NCBI GenBank assembly: GCA_963747025.1
Contig: CAVVDJ010000007.1
Coordinates: 30,616 to 94,615 of the forward strand
Reading direction: 5' to 3'
Source of the DNA: an uncultured beta proteobacterium
Lineage (GTDB): Bacteria; Pseudomonadota; Gammaproteobacteria; Burkholderiales; SHXO01
Length of the DNA stretch: 64,000 nucleotides
The notes beneath the pieces were generated by a model. That model was not told the DNA's origin and did no database searches. It saw only the letters and a program-made list of their open reading frames with translations. The translations under genes were made by a program, and so were the position numbers. This document shows positions 12,812-25,306 of the stretch, piece by piece (the first letter of the stretch is position 1; each line of letters opens with the position of its first letter).

Positions 12812-13805
12812 TCAACCCTTGCGGCGCGACATCTGATCGGTGGCGACAGCGAGGATGACGAGGATACCGGTGATCAGGATCTGGTAGACCGAGGGAACAC
12901 CCATCAGGGTCAGGCCGTTGCGGATGACGCCGATAATGAGCGCTCCGATCAGGGTGCCGAGAATCATCCCGCGTCCACCGAACAGACTGGTGCCGCCCAG
13001 CACAACGGCGGTGATGCTCTCCAGGTTGTCCGTCTGTCCCGCCTGCGGATCGCCGACATTGGTGCGCGCAACGAGCAACAGTGCAGCGATGCCGTAGATC
13101 AGGCCGGCGATCGTATAGATACCGACGAGCATGCGGCGCGCGGGAATGCCCATCAAGCCGCGCTGCTTCCGGGTTGTTGCCGAGCGCATACACGTGCCTG
13201 CCCGGCGCCGTTTCGCGCAGCACGAACCAGGTGACCAGATACAGGACAAGCATCAGAACCGTGCCGTAGGTAACCGACGTCTCTCCGATCTTGAAGGTAT
13301 TCCCCAGGAACAACATGGCATCGGGTAACCCGGAGACGGTCTGCGACTTCGAGTAGATCTGCGTGATCGCGAAGGCGATGTTCAGCGTTCCCAGAGTCAC
13401 GATGAAAGGCGGCAGCCTGACATAGGTGACGAGCGCGCCGTTCAAGAACCCGAATGCGACGCAGACCAGAAACCCGCACAAGATCGCGAGGAAGGGATTC
13501 ATCCCGAGATCGACCGCGAACTTGGTCATGACGATCGAGCCGAGCGCCATGATCATGCCGCACGACAGATCGATCCCCGCAGTGAGGATGATCAGCGTCT
13601 GGCCGATGGCCACGACTCCCACCACCATCACCTGCTGCAGGATGAGCGAGAAGTTCTGGCCCGTCAGGAAGCGTTCCGACTGGAACGCGAAAAACGCGCA
13701 CGCTATGGCCAGCGCAATGAACGGTCCAAATGTCGCGACCGGCGGCATGTGCGCGAACCACCCACGCACACCGGGGCTGGCGGCTGTAGCGGTCTGGGTG
13801 CTCAA
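12812..13805 (-). CDS. frcC: sugar ABC transporter permease (FrcC-like; frameshift at about 13160)
   Basis: ILTAGIDLS, LPPFIVTLG, GRHVYALGNNPEAA, VLGGTSLFGGRG. Confidence 0.85.
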
Positions 13806-13871
13806 GATTCCCCTCCCTAGGGCTCAGACCCTCCCCCGCGAGCGGAGGAGGGAAAGAGACCTCGATAGCTG

Positions 13872-14835
13872 CTAGCCCCAGCAGGCGCTCAAGCCGAACT
13901 TGGTGTCCTTGCTATCAACACCCTTCATGGGCTTGTCGGTGATGAGGGTCACGCCCGTATCGGTGTAACCGGATACCTTCTTCCCGGTCTTGGCGTAGGC
14001 GACACCGGCGTCGACGCCCAGCTGCGCCATCTTCAGAGGGTATTGCTGAGACGTCGCCGCCGATCACACCCGCCTGAATGTTCCTGACGCCTTCGCATCC
14101 ACCGTCGACGGAAACGATCAGCACGCCCTTTTCCTTGCCCGCAGCCTTGAGCGCTTGATAAGCGCCAGCCGCGGCCGGCTCGTTGATGGTGTAGACGACG
14201 TTGATGTCCGGCGCTTTCTGCAAGCAGTTCTCCATGGCGGTCTGACCCTTGGCCCGGTCGCCTTGCGTGTCCTGGCTGCAGACGATCATGGCGTCGCCTT
14301 CCTTGATGCCGAAGCCTTTCAAGAACCCGTCGTGACGCAGCTGGCCGACGGTGATGCCGGGAGCCAGGTCCAGGGTCGCGATCTTGGCGGTCTTGCCCGC
14401 CATTGCGGCCTTTGCGTACTGACCGATCAAGACGCCGGCCTTGAAGTTGTCGGTGGCAAACAGCGCATCGGTCGCGTCCTGAGGATCGGTCGGCGTGTCG
14501 AGCGCGATCACCAGCACGCCAGCGGCGCGCGCCTTCTTGACGGCCGGCACGATTGCCTTGGTGTCGCTCGGCGTGATCAGGATCGCCTTGGCACCCGCGG
14601 TGACCATGTTCTCGATGGCGGTGATCTGGCCAGCGTTATCGCCGTCGAACTTGCCGGCGGCGCTCATGAGCTTGGCGCCATCGGCTTTGGCGGCCGCCTC
14701 CGCGCCCTGCTTCATCTTCACGAAGAACGGGTTGGTTTCCGTTTTCGTGATGAGGCCGACGGTGGGCTGCTGCGCATATGCGAATGCTGCGCTGCACATC
14801 AGCAGGCACAGCAACACGGATTTCTTAGCGTTCAT
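13872..14835 (-). CDS. frcB: sugar ABC transporter substrate-binding protein (FrcB-like; frameshift at about 14055)
   Basis: Signal peptide, LITKTETNPFFVKMK, FATDN, YTINEP, SVDGGC, C-terminal CWG. Confidence 0.85.
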
Positions 14836-15071
14836 GTAGGGTCCTCCCCCTTTTTCGAATGAGTGAAGCAGCACAATCCTCAGCGGAAATACCAGGGACC
14901 GCCGATGCTCGCCCGCCTGTCCAACTGCGCGGCCGAGCTTACTACTAAGTCGTCCTGCTTTGGTTTAGGCTGCGCTCGAAGCCAGGGCGATTCGCACACA
15001 TTGCTCCATGCATCCGATCCGCGTCAATAGGCGCAAGTACTTCGCGCGGCAGCGTAACCGGCCGCATCGCC

Positions 15072-16551
15072 ATGACAGCAGTCTATCTCGGCATTGATAT
15101 CAGGGACGTCCGCGGTCAAGGCACTGCTCGTCGACGATGAGCAGCGCGTCGTCGCCGAGGCAACACAGGAGCTGTCGATCTCGCGGCCACAACCGTTGTG
15201 GTCGGAACAGAATCCCGAGGACTGGTGGAGCGCCGTCGTCCGCGTGGTGATGAATCTGCGCAGGCGGCATGCCGGATCGTTTTGCCGCCATTCGCGGGGT
15301 GGGTCTCTCGGGGCAGATGCACGGCGCGGTGCTGCTCGGCCGTGATCGGGACCGTGCTGCGCCCCGCGATTCTGTGGAACGACGGGCGCTCGCACGAGCA
15401 GTGCATTGCACTGGAGCAAAAGGTGCCGCAGCTTGGAATCATCGCGGGCGTGCCCGCGATGCCCGGCTTCACCGCGCCGAAGCTGCTCTGGATCGCGCAA
15501 CACGAGCCGGAGATCTTTGCGCGCATCGGCACGGTGGTACTGCCCAAGGATTACGTGCGTTTCCGCCTCACCGGGGAGCTTGCCACCGATGTGTCCGACG
15601 CCGCGGGAACGCTGTGGCTCGACGAGGCCGCTCGCACCTGGTCGGCGGAGATCCTGGCGGCGACTGGATTATCTGCCGCGCAGATGCCGCGTCTGGTGGA
15701 GGGCTCGCAACCGTCTGCCGTCGTCACGTCCCGACATCGCGCGCGAATGGGGGATGCCGGAGAATGTGGTTGTTGCGGGAGGCGGGGGCGATGCCGCAGC
15801 GGGCGCTGTTGGTATCGGCGCGGTCTCCGCGAGCGACGCTTTCGTTTCGCTGGGCACCTCGGGCCAGTACTTCGTGACCACCGCCGCCTATCGTCCCTTT
15901 CCACAAGCCTTCGTCCACGCCTTCTGCCATGCGGTGCCCGATCGCTGGTACCAGATGGCGGCGCATGCTCAACGGCGCGAGCTGTCTCGCGTGGGCCGCA
16001 AAGCTGATTGGCAGCGACGACGTCGGGGCGCTGCTGGCGCGCGTCGAGGCAAACTACCGCGGCGCGGGCAGCTTGATCTTCCTGCCGTACTTGAGCGGGG
16101 AGCGCACACCGCACAACGATCCGTATGCCAGGGGCGTGTTCTTCGGGCTGGAAGCGGAGACCTCGACCGAGGCGCTGATCCAATCGGTCCTGGAGGGCGT
16201 CGCGCTGTCGCTGGCGGAAGCTCAGGATTGTCTGGCAGCCGCGGGAACCACCGTGGAGCGCGTCGCGGCGATCGGCGGCGGCAGCCGAAGCCGTTTGTGG
16301 ATGCGGATCCTGGCCAGCGCGCTCGATCGGCCCGTCGTCTTGTATCAGGAGGGCGCCAAGGGCCCCGCCTACGGAGCTGCGCGGCTCGCTCGGTTGGCGG
16401 CGACCGGCGAGGCGGTGGGCAACGTGTGCGCCGGTGCCGCGAGTGAGCGAGGTGATCGAGCCCGAACCAGCTCTGGTCGACGCCTATCGCTTCGTTGGGC
16501 GAGAGGTTTCGCCGTTTGTATCAAAAACTGAAACCGGAGTTCAGGGCGTAA
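15072..16551 (+). CDS. xylB: xylulokinase / FGGY carbohydrate kinase (several frameshifts)
   Basis: YLGID..GTSAVK, WSEQNP, GLSGQMHG, ILWNDGR, PGFTAPK, SLGTSG, LPYLSGERTPHND, GGGSRS. Confidence 0.88.
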
Positions 16552-16562
16552 GTGAGCGGCGC

Positions 16563-17865
16563 TCAAGCCGCTCCACCCTGCTTCAGTTCCTCTACGGCTC
16601 GGACCCGAAGCCAGCGCTTGAGCGCAGGCATGGTGATGATGGTACTCACCAGCGCCATCATCACCAGCATCGTGAACACGCTTCTCGGGATAACGCCCAG
16701 GTCGTAACCCACGTTGATCACGATGAGCTCCATGAGCGCTCGCGTGTTCATCATGATGCCGATAGCGCGCGCCTGCGTCCTGTCCATTCCCGCCCAGCGC
16801 GCTGCCCAGTAGCAGCCGCCGAACTTTCCCAACGTCGCCAGAAGCAATAGCAGCAGCGCCCAGCCCCACATCTGCCATCCGTCCAGCAGACCGATATCGG
16901 TGCGTAGCCCTGTGTAGGTAAAAAAAATCGGCACGAAGAACACGCTCACGAATTGCCCGACCCTCTCGCGCCATGCCGCCGCCAGTTCGCGCTGATCGTG
17001 CAACAAAACGCCCATCATGAAGCCGCCGAAGATCGCAAAGATCCCGATCTTGTAACGTGACCATCCCGGAGACGAAGGCGACAGCCAGAAGGATACCCAT
17101 GAGATCGAGTGGGAGCGATCTGGCGGTCGCTCCGAAGCGGCCGATCAGCTTCACCAGCAGTGGTCTGACGATCCACCAGCAGACCGCGACGTAGACAGCC
17201 AGCATGGCGACCTTGAGCGCAAACTCATCCGGTGAAAAGTGGGCAACGGCCAAGGCCGACACCACCGCGAGGAGCAACCATCCCGCCACATCATTGATGG
17301 CCGCTGCGCTGATGGCGACCACGCCAACCTGGCTTCGGTGCAAGTCGAGCTCCAGCATGATGCGCCCTAGTACCGGCAGCGCCGTGATGGAGAACGCCGT
17401 ACCGCAGAACAGGCTGTAGCCGAACGCGTTACCTTGCGGAAAGATTTGCGCCGCGGAGAACTGGCCGAATGCGAAGCCCAGCGCAAATGGGAACAGGTCT
17501 CCGACGAGGGCAATGCGCAGCACCGCTCGCCGGTTGCGCGATTCCCTCAGATGGGCGAAGTCGAACTCCATTCCGACCTGGAACAACAGCAGGATCAGAC
17601 CCACCTGGCTCAGGATTGTCATGGGCTCCGGTGGCCCGGAGCGAAACACGAACTCGAAGCCAGTGGGCCATAGCAGGCCGAACAGCGAAGGGCCCAGGAG
17701 GATGCCGGCCACGATCTCGCCCACGGCACGCGAGTTGCCAAAGCGCACCGAAAGATTTCCGCAAAAGCGCGCGGCGAGCACGATCACTGTCAGCTGCAGC
17801 AGCGTGAAGAACAGCAGGAGCTCGGCCCTGTGCACTCCAGACTGCAGTTGGGCGGCGGGTTCCAC
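16563..17865 (-). CDS. cation:proton antiporter (CPA2-like; frameshift at about 17055)
   Basis: GEIVAGILLGPS, SITALPVLGRI, AAINDV, PIFF..GL, MNTRALME. Confidence 0.87.
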
Positions 17866-17947
17866 GACGCGGACTATCGAATCGAGCGGCTGGCCTGGCC
17901 TGCCGCCCTCGGCATTTCTGTGAGTCGCTCCATCGCTAACGTTCGCC

Positions 17948-18751
17948 TCATTTCGACACCATCACGACTTCCAGATAATCCGCTGACACCATCAGCGTAT
18001 CGTCGCCAGATCGGTTGAAGCGATTCAGCGTAGCATCGAGCTCTTTCAGGTAGGCCTGGCGGCGCTCGCCTGCGAGCGTCTCGAGCGCCCTGATGATGGG
18101 ACCGAAGTAAGTGCTGAAGACTTCGATCCAGTGTTTGCTGCTCTTGTATCGGAACAACGCACTCCGCTTCGCAATCCGCATCGACGCAGTCGCGTCACCG
18201 AACAACTCTCGCAACCTCCCTTCGGTACCCCATTCAGACGGCGGACGAAGCGGCACCGGAGGCGGGAGGTAGCGCCACTGCAGAGCGAAGGTCTGTCCCC
18301 AGAACCCATCCGGAGTCCAGTTGGCCATGCCGATCTTCCCGCCCGGGCGACACACGCGGAGCAGCTCGTCTGCAGCTTTCTGCGGATCAGGCGCGAACAT
18401 CGAGCCGAATACCGACAGCACAACGTCGAAGGAATCGTCTGCGCACGGGATGGCCTCGCAATCCCCGATTTCAAACCGGGCGGGCAAACGTTCGAGCGTT
18501 GCGCGCTGGCGCGCTCTTTCGATCAAGGCGGGTACGTAGTCGATCCCCAGCGCATCACAGCCGCGCCGCGCGGCGGACAAGGCCGCATTCCCACTGCCCG
18601 TAGCAACATCCAAGACCGATTGTCCGGCCCTCACCTCTACGGCCTCGCACATCAGTTCGCCCGGAAACACCGTGTTCCAGGCGATGACAGCGAAGTCGCC
18701 TGACGCCCAGGCCCGCTGCTGCTGCTCTTTGACGGCCTTCAGATCTTGCAT
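17948..18751 (-). CDS. class I SAM-dependent methyltransferase
   Basis: VLDVATGSGN, SFDVVLSVFGSMFAP, RPGGKIGMANWTP. Confidence 0.9.
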   Translation of the reverse strand: MQDLKAVKEQQQRAWASGDFAVIAWNTVFPGELMCEAVEVRAGQSVLDVATGSGNAALSAARRGCDALGIDYVPALIERARQRATLERLPARFEIGDCEAIPCADDSFDVVLSVFGSMFAPDPQKAADELLRVCRPGGKIGMANWTPDGFWGQTFALQWRYLPPPVPLRPPSEWGTEGRLRELFGDATASMRIAKRSALFRYKSSKHWIEVFSTYFGPIIRALETLAGERRQAYLKELDATLNRFNRSGDDTLMVSADYLEVVMVSK

Positions 18752-19002
18752 TCGTCTCTCCCGTCCCGTGCAGGGCGAGATGATAACGGGTCTGCCGGAC
18801 CACGTGTCTGTAGCGGCGTTCTCGCTTGCGGTATCTGCCAGCGGAGCTGCGCGGACGAAGAGCACCGTGTTGCTCACGCCCGAAGAGGTCGACCGAGCCG
18901 TGAAGAAACAGGTGAAGTACCGGCCGCCTAGGGCCTAAGAGGTAGCGACCGGACTGCGGGCAGCAGAGTCCGCACCCTGTTCAATGTCCCTATCCACTGA
19001 GT

Positions 19003-21361
19003 TCAGACGACGTGCAGCTTGCGCTGATCTGATTTCGAGCCTCGCGCGTTGTGCTGCAGCTGCCTCGTGAGGAAGGGCGTGAGGTCGGCCGCGGAAGACG
19101 GTCGAGCGATGAGATAACCCTGGATCTCCTTGCACCCGTAACGGGCGAGTAGCGCCCGCTGCTGTTCGGTCTCGACGCCCTCCGCGATTACCTTCAGCCC
19201 CATCTTCTTGGCGAGCGCGATCACCGCCTGTGTGATCGCCGCGTCGTTCCGATCCGATGTGAGGTTGCGGATGAAGGCCTGATCGATCTTGAGCCGGTGG
19301 ACAGGAAGGCGCTTGAGGTAGGCAAGCGATGAATGCCCCGTACCGAAGTCGTCGATAGACATGCGTACGCCGATCTTCTTCAGCGCCTCGAGTGTGTCGA
19401 CGGTCTGCTCGGCGTCTGCCATGGCAACGCTTTCGGTGACTTCCAGCTCCAGATAGTCCGGATCGAGCCCGGTATCCTTCATCACGCGCTCGACCCTTTG
19501 CGCCAGGTCTCCGGCGGCGAACTGACGAGCCGAGACGTTGACGCCAATCGCAAACCCCCGCAGCCCGAAGTCCAGCCAGGTGCGTGCCTGCGTGCAGGCA
19601 GTGTGAAGCACCCATTCGCCGATCTCGACAATCAGGCCCGTGCTCTCTGCCAGTGGAATGAAGCGGTTCGGCGGGATCATGCCGTGCTCGGGGTGGTTCC
19701 AGCGCAGCAAGGCTTCGAATCCGATCAGCACGCCGCTGCGGATGTTGACCTGGGGCTGGAAGTGAAGCGCCAGCTCGCCGCGCTCCTGGGCTAGGCGCAG
19801 GTCGGTTTCGAGTTCGAGGAGCTCGGAATACTCGGCGTCCAGCTCCGTTCCGTATCGTCGGTAACCGTTGCCACCGTGCTTGCGCACGCTTTGCATCGCG
19901 CGATCCGCACCTCTGACGACGCTTTCGGCGTCCCTGCCGTCGAGCGGAAACAGGCTGCCTCCTACGCTAAAGCTCAGCAGTAGCTGCCGGTCTCGCACCC
20001 GGATCGGCTCGAGCGCCGATTCCTGCATGCGCTCAGCCAGAGCATCCAGCGTAGCGGGCGAGCGCACTCCCGGGGCGAAGACCGCAAACCGTGCGCCGTC
20101 CATGCGGAAGAGTTGGGCAGCGAGGAACTCGGACCATGAGCCCTGCAACGTCTGGTTGAGCCGAGCGGCGATGGCTTTGAGCACCTCGTCTCCGACGGTG
20201 TGGCCATAGCCGTCGACGAACAAGCGGAAGCGATCGAGATTCAGCAGCAAGATAGCGCCGCTCGCTTTTGCGTTGATCGCCTGCGAGAGCCGTTCATGGA
20301 ATTCGTGACGGTTCGGGAGATCGGTCAACGTGTCGTGATAGGCCTGATGGATGAGCTTTTGCTCGGCCTGCTTGCGCTCGGTGATGTCCGAGAGATAGAC
20401 GTGGAACAGGTCCTGATCCGGCAAGGGATGAATCTCGCAGGACAGCTGACGTCCGCAGGCTTCGTACTCGAACCGATCGATGTCGCGCCGCGAGCGGCGC
20501 AGTGCGTCCAGGCGTTCGACCAGATCGGTGGGCAGGAGACGGGCTGCATCCGCGTTGGAGGCCTCGCAGTCGGCCAGCATCTGGAGCGCGCCGCGGTTGG
20601 CATACAGCGGTTTGCCTTCGCTCGACACGCTCAGTATCGGATGCGGATTGCGCTCCGGGAACAGCGCGAGCTGCCGGCGTTTGGTCGATTCGCTGACATA
20701 GGCTCGCAAGGAGTAGCCGGTGAGGACGAGAAGGATGAGCGTCGCTACGCTGAATGCCACCACCATGCTCACGATGGTGGCCACCTCCTCCTGCACGAAT
20801 TTGCCGCGCCTCTCGACGTCCCCGCTCACGACGGCCAACATCTTGTCCACACCCGCGTTGATATCCGCCGCGTGGCGGCTGATGCTCGTGAGCAGGGCAT
20901 CGGCTTTGGCCGGGTTCAGGGACGAGCTGCCCAGCGTGTTGTCCAGATCTGCGGCTAGTCGGTTCAGCTCTCGAAAGTGACCCTCGATCCCGCCCACGAG
21001 ATCGGGGGCGACACCGCTGTGCTTGAGCTGCGCCAGGATCTTCTCGATCCTTCTGGCGTTCGCGCCGTGGCTCGAGCGGAATCGCGTTCTGTCTCCCGGT
21101 CGCGTAGTAGTCATACAGGATGGGCTCCTCGCTGACGACGGCGAGCTTGAGGTCGAACAGGACGGCGACGCTGGGCAGATCGTGATCCACGAACCCGGTC
21201 GTGGTGAGATTGACCGAGCGGCCGTGGAGAGATGTGAAGACCGACAGCAGCAGCGCGAGCGCCACGATCATCGCCGCGAATACGATGACGACCTGACTCC
21301 TGAGGCGGTCTGTCCGCGGGGCTTGTCGTTGTGCAACGACGCGAGGGTCTTCAAGCGCCAT
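19003..21361 (-). CDS. membrane-anchored PAS-like/GGDEF/EAL protein, probable c-di-GMP phosphodiesterase (frameshift at about 21097)
   Basis: Two TM helices, FPERNPHP PAS-like segment, HDTLTDLPNR, GGDEF degenerate (DGARF), intact EALLRW, EVTE, DDFGTGHSS, KIDQ, AEGVE, IQGY. Confidence 0.88.
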
Positions 21362-21708
21362 CTCTCTGCGTGGGCCAGGGTCTCGGGATCGATGCCTCAT
21401 GCGGGCACGTGGGTGCAGCCGAGGCAAGTCTCGCGCCCGCAGCGCCGAATTGCCCCGCCGGGCGGCACATCGATGTGCGGCAGCGTACTTAGGATCAATT
21501 CGGGAGCGAAAAGGCTGGGGCAACTGCAAAATTCCGGTGAACTAGCGCTGCGTTGCTCGCGCAGTCAGGGGTGCGTAAGCCAAAACGATCGTGGGCCAAG
21601 ACTATCAGCCCGCACTCGCCATCTCGGAGCGGCGTACCGTTTTCGTCACAAGCCGACCCTGGGGAAGCTCTGATCAAGTGGCGTATGCGAGATTCGATCA
21701 GAGGTTTC

Positions 21709-23814
21709 CTAGGCGACGGTGTAGGCGACCGCATCTACCGCACGGCACCCCTCGCCGGCGTTCCCCACGACCACCGGATTGATGTCGAGGTTGATCACCT
21801 TCGACTGATCATCGCTCATCATCCGGCCGACGGCGACCGCCGCAGCGCTGAAAGCATCGATGTCCATGGCCGGCTCGCCGCGCACACCCCCGAGCAGCGG
21901 TGCAATGCGCAGTCGCGACAACGCGCGGCGCACTGCCGGCGCATCGAAGGGCGGCAACAGCAGCTCGACGTCGGGCATCGCCTCCACGTACTTGCCGCCG
22001 TCTCCGACCACCACCACCGGACCGAACACGGGGTCGATGCGCGCACCGATCATCAGCTCCCGCCGCCCCGCCACCATTTTCTCCACCAGGACACCGTCAA
22101 ACCGCGAGCCGTGCTCGCGCAGGCGGCGCTCGATATCGACGAAGGCGGCGCGCATGTCCTGCTCCGTGCGCAGGTTCAAGCGCACCAGCGCCCAGCTCCG
22201 ACTTGTGGACCACGTCCGCCGAGCAGCCCTTCGCCGCCACGGGTGCACCCAAGTCCGCCAGAGCCTGCACCGCCTCATCCGAGGTACGGCACAGCCGGTG
22301 CTCGACCACGGGCACACCGAACATCGTTGAGCAGAGCCAGGCTGTCCGCCTCGTTCATCATTCGCGCGGTGCTTGCGACGCGCGTCGAGAGCATCCGACT
22401 ACCCGACCCGGGATGCACCGCGGCTCGCATCAGTTCCAGGTGTGACAGCAGCTGATTGAGCGCCGCTACCGCTTCGCTCTCGGTCGCGAAGACGGGCAGC
22501 CCGGCGTCCCTGAACTTCGCCGCGATGCTCGGCTGCGGGGCGGACACCACCAGCGGCTTACCGGTCTGGTCGGTAACGGCCGCGGAATCGCGGGCGAACG
22601 CGTCCACATCGTAGCCTTGGCCGGCAACGGGAATCCCGATCAGAAAAGCATCGGCCGCGGGATCGCGCGAGAGCACCGGCAGGATGTCGCTGAACAGCCG
22701 GCTGTTGGTGAGCAGCGCAGCGGTGACGTCGACCGGATTGGTGGTTGTGGCGAAGCTCGGAAGGATGCCCGCCAGGGCCGAACGCGTCTCGGCGCTCAAC
22801 TGCGCCATCGGCATGCCGCACGCGCTGGCGGCATCCGCGGTCATCACGCACACCGCGCCGGAGTTGCTGACGGCTACCAGGCGTCGCCCCTGCGGCTGCC
22901 ATCCCCTCAGGTACAGCTCGGCGGCATGCACCAGCTCGCCCATGTCCCGGGCGCGCCAGATGCCATGCTGCTTGAAGAACGCGTCCACGACGCGGTCCTC
23001 GTTGGCCAGCGCTCCGGTGTGCGAGCGCGCCGCTTCCTGGCCCGCCGCGGTGCGTCCTGCCTTCAGGGCGATGACCGGCAGGCCCCGCCGGTGGGCGACG
23101 CGCGCCATCTGCGCCAGCGGAGCAGCATCGCGCACGCTCTCCAGGTACAGCAGCAGCAGCTTCAGATCCGCGCTCTTCGGCCACCACCGACGCGAGCTCC
23201 GCCGCGGTCACCTCGCAGTCGTTGCCGGTGGCGTGGACGTGGCGCACGCCGATGCCGCGGCTGCGCAGCAGACCGTAGGGCACGACGCTCATACCGCCGC
23301 TCTGGCTCACGATCGCTACCGGCCCGTCCTCCGGTTCAGTCTCGAGAAACATGGTCGAGAAACTGAGCACGGCGCCGGATGCGAAGTTGGCGACGCCCTG
23401 CGAGTTGGGCCCGATCACCCGCATACCGCTGGCACGCGCAAGCTCGACGATGCGTTGCTGGTTGGCGCGAGCGGCCGGATCGCTCGTCTCGCCAAAACCG
23501 GACGCCATGACGATGGCAACCTGCACGCCGATGCGAGCGCACTCCTCCACGGCTTCCACGGCGAGCTGGCCCGGCACGACGATGACGGCGACTTCCGGCG
23601 TTTCGGGCAGCGCCGCCAGGTTGGGATAGGCCTTGTATCCCTGCGCCTCGCTGCGCTTGGGGTTGATGGGATAGACCTTGCCCTTGAAGCCGAAGCGCTG
23701 GAGATAGAGCAGCGGTCGGCCGCCGATCTTGTTGGGATTCTCGGAGGCGCCGATGACGGCAACCGATCTGGGGTCGAGGACTTTGCGCAGGCGCGCTCTG
23801 GCGGCCTGGTTCAT
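21709..23814 (-). CDS. acetate/acyl-CoA ligase (ADP-forming) family protein (two frameshifts)
   Basis: PRSVAVIGAS, GPNSQG, VSQSGG, SHTGALA phospho-His, ATP-grasp HKSELG, DPVFGP, LDINP. Confidence 0.88.
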
Positions 23815-24174
23815 ACGGGATCGAAGAAGGGGATGAGTCTGCCCCCAAAGGAGACGAAGCGGCAGCGCACACGCGCACCGATGCCAAGCTGCGGGGCGCC
23901 GTGCGCCATCAGCCGGAAGCCCTCGTCCGCGTCAACCAGCACGATCAGATAAGGGGCGTGCGCGCGCAGCGCGTTCGCTCGGGGCACGGGTCACCAGCGT
24001 GGCTGCGTGGATCGTGCCCAGGCCCGAGGCTTGCAGTTCGACGGGCGAACCGAAGCCGCAGCGGGGACAGAAATCGCGCCTGAAGTACCAGCGGTGGCTG
24101 CAGGCCGGACAGCTCTGGAACGCGATGCCTTCGCCGCCCGTCGTCCAGTCCAACACCGCCGGCGCGGGGGTCAT
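23811..24174 (-). CDS. Zn-ribbon/OB-fold (DUF35) protein (frameshift at about 23980)
   Basis: CPAC..CPRCG, ASGLGTIHAAT, then PYLIVLVD..EGFRLMA in the next frame; overlaps both neighbours. Confidence 0.85.
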
Positions 24175-25304
24175 TGCGCCTCCATCACCAGGCTGACATG
24201 AGAGGACAAGACGCCGCCATCACCGTGCAGCAGGGCCAGAGAGGCGTCCTTCACCTGGCGCGCTCCCGCGCGGCCGGTCATCTGCTGCTGCGCTTCGACC
24301 AAATGCGCCATCGCGCCACCCGCGCCGCAGTGACCGTACGACAGCAGGCCGCCGTGGGTGTTGAGCGGCAGCCTTCCATTGCGATCGAAATAGCCGGCGC
24401 GCGTCATCTTGCCGGCCTGCCCGCGCGGCGCCAGCCCGATCTCCTCGAGCAGGATCGTGAGCGTGATGGTGAAGCTGTCGTAGATCGCGGCGTAGCGCAC
24501 GTCGGAGAGCGTGATCCCTGCGCTCTCGCGGGCGCGCTCGACGCTGGCCTTCGCGCCGAACTCGGTCAGGCTGGGGGCGCCGGTCACGTACTGGTGCGTG
24601 TGCGCCTGTCCCGCGCCTCGGATGCGCACGCGGGAGCCGCTGGTCGGCTCACGGCCCACCACGAATGCAACGCCGCCGTCGGACACCGGGCAGCAGTCGA
24701 GCAGCTTGAGCGGAGACGCGATCGGCTTGGACGCGAGCACGTCCTGCACCGTGATCGGCTCGCGGAACTGTGCCCCCGGGTGAGTGACGGCATGGCGACG
24801 CATCAGCACCGCGAGCTCTGCCAAATCCGCTTCGGTCGTCCCGTGCTCGTGCATGTAGCGCGAGGCCACCAGCGCATAGTACGCAGGGATGGTCGCACCC
24901 AGCGGGACCTCGTACTCGGCATGGCCGACCTGCGCCAGCGTTTGCACGGCCGCGTCTCGGCTCTGGGCGGTGAGGCGGTTCTCGCCCGCCACCACCAGAA
25001 CGTTGCGCACGACGCCGGATTGCACCAGGGTGTGCGCCAGCATCGCCATGGCGAAACCGGTGGCGCCCCCGACCAGGATCGAATGCGCATAGGTCGGGCT
25101 GAGGCCGAAGTGCTCCACGAACGTGGTCGAGAGCATCAGATGCGGAAAGGTCGTGGAGTACGCGCAGAGCAGGCCGTCGACGTCGGCGCGCTCGAGCTGC
25201 GCATCGGCCAACGCCGCGGCCGCCGCTTCGCTCATGAGGTCGAGCGTGGTGCGCCCTGGATGCTTGCCGAACGGCGTCAGGCCGACACCGGTGACGTAAC
25301 TCAT
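24171..25304 (-). CDS. SCP2-type thiolase-fold protein lacking the nucleophilic Cys
   Basis: VTGVGLTPFGK, IASPLKLLDCCPVSDGG, YDSF, NTHGGLLSYGH; GGAT in place of the CxSG motif. Confidence 0.88.
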   Translation of the reverse strand: MSYVTGVGLTPFGKHPGRTTLDLMSEAAAAALADAQLERADVDGLLCAYSTTFPHLMLSTTFVEHFGLSPTYAHSILVGGATGFAMAMLAHTLVQSGVVRNVLVVAGENRLTAQSRDAAVQTLAQVGHAEYEVPLGATIPAYYALVASRYMHEHGTTEADLAELAVLMRRHAVTHPGAQFREPITVQDVLASKPIASPLKLLDCCPVSDGGVAFVVGREPTSGSRVRIRGAGQAHTHQYVTGAPSLTEFGAKASVERARESAGITLSDVRYAAIYDSFTITLTILLEEIGLAPRGQAGKMTRAGYFDRNGRLPLNTHGGLLSYGHCGAGGAMAHLVEAQQQMTGRAGARQVKDASLALLHGDGGVLSSHVSLVMEAQ

Positions 25305-25306
25305 GC

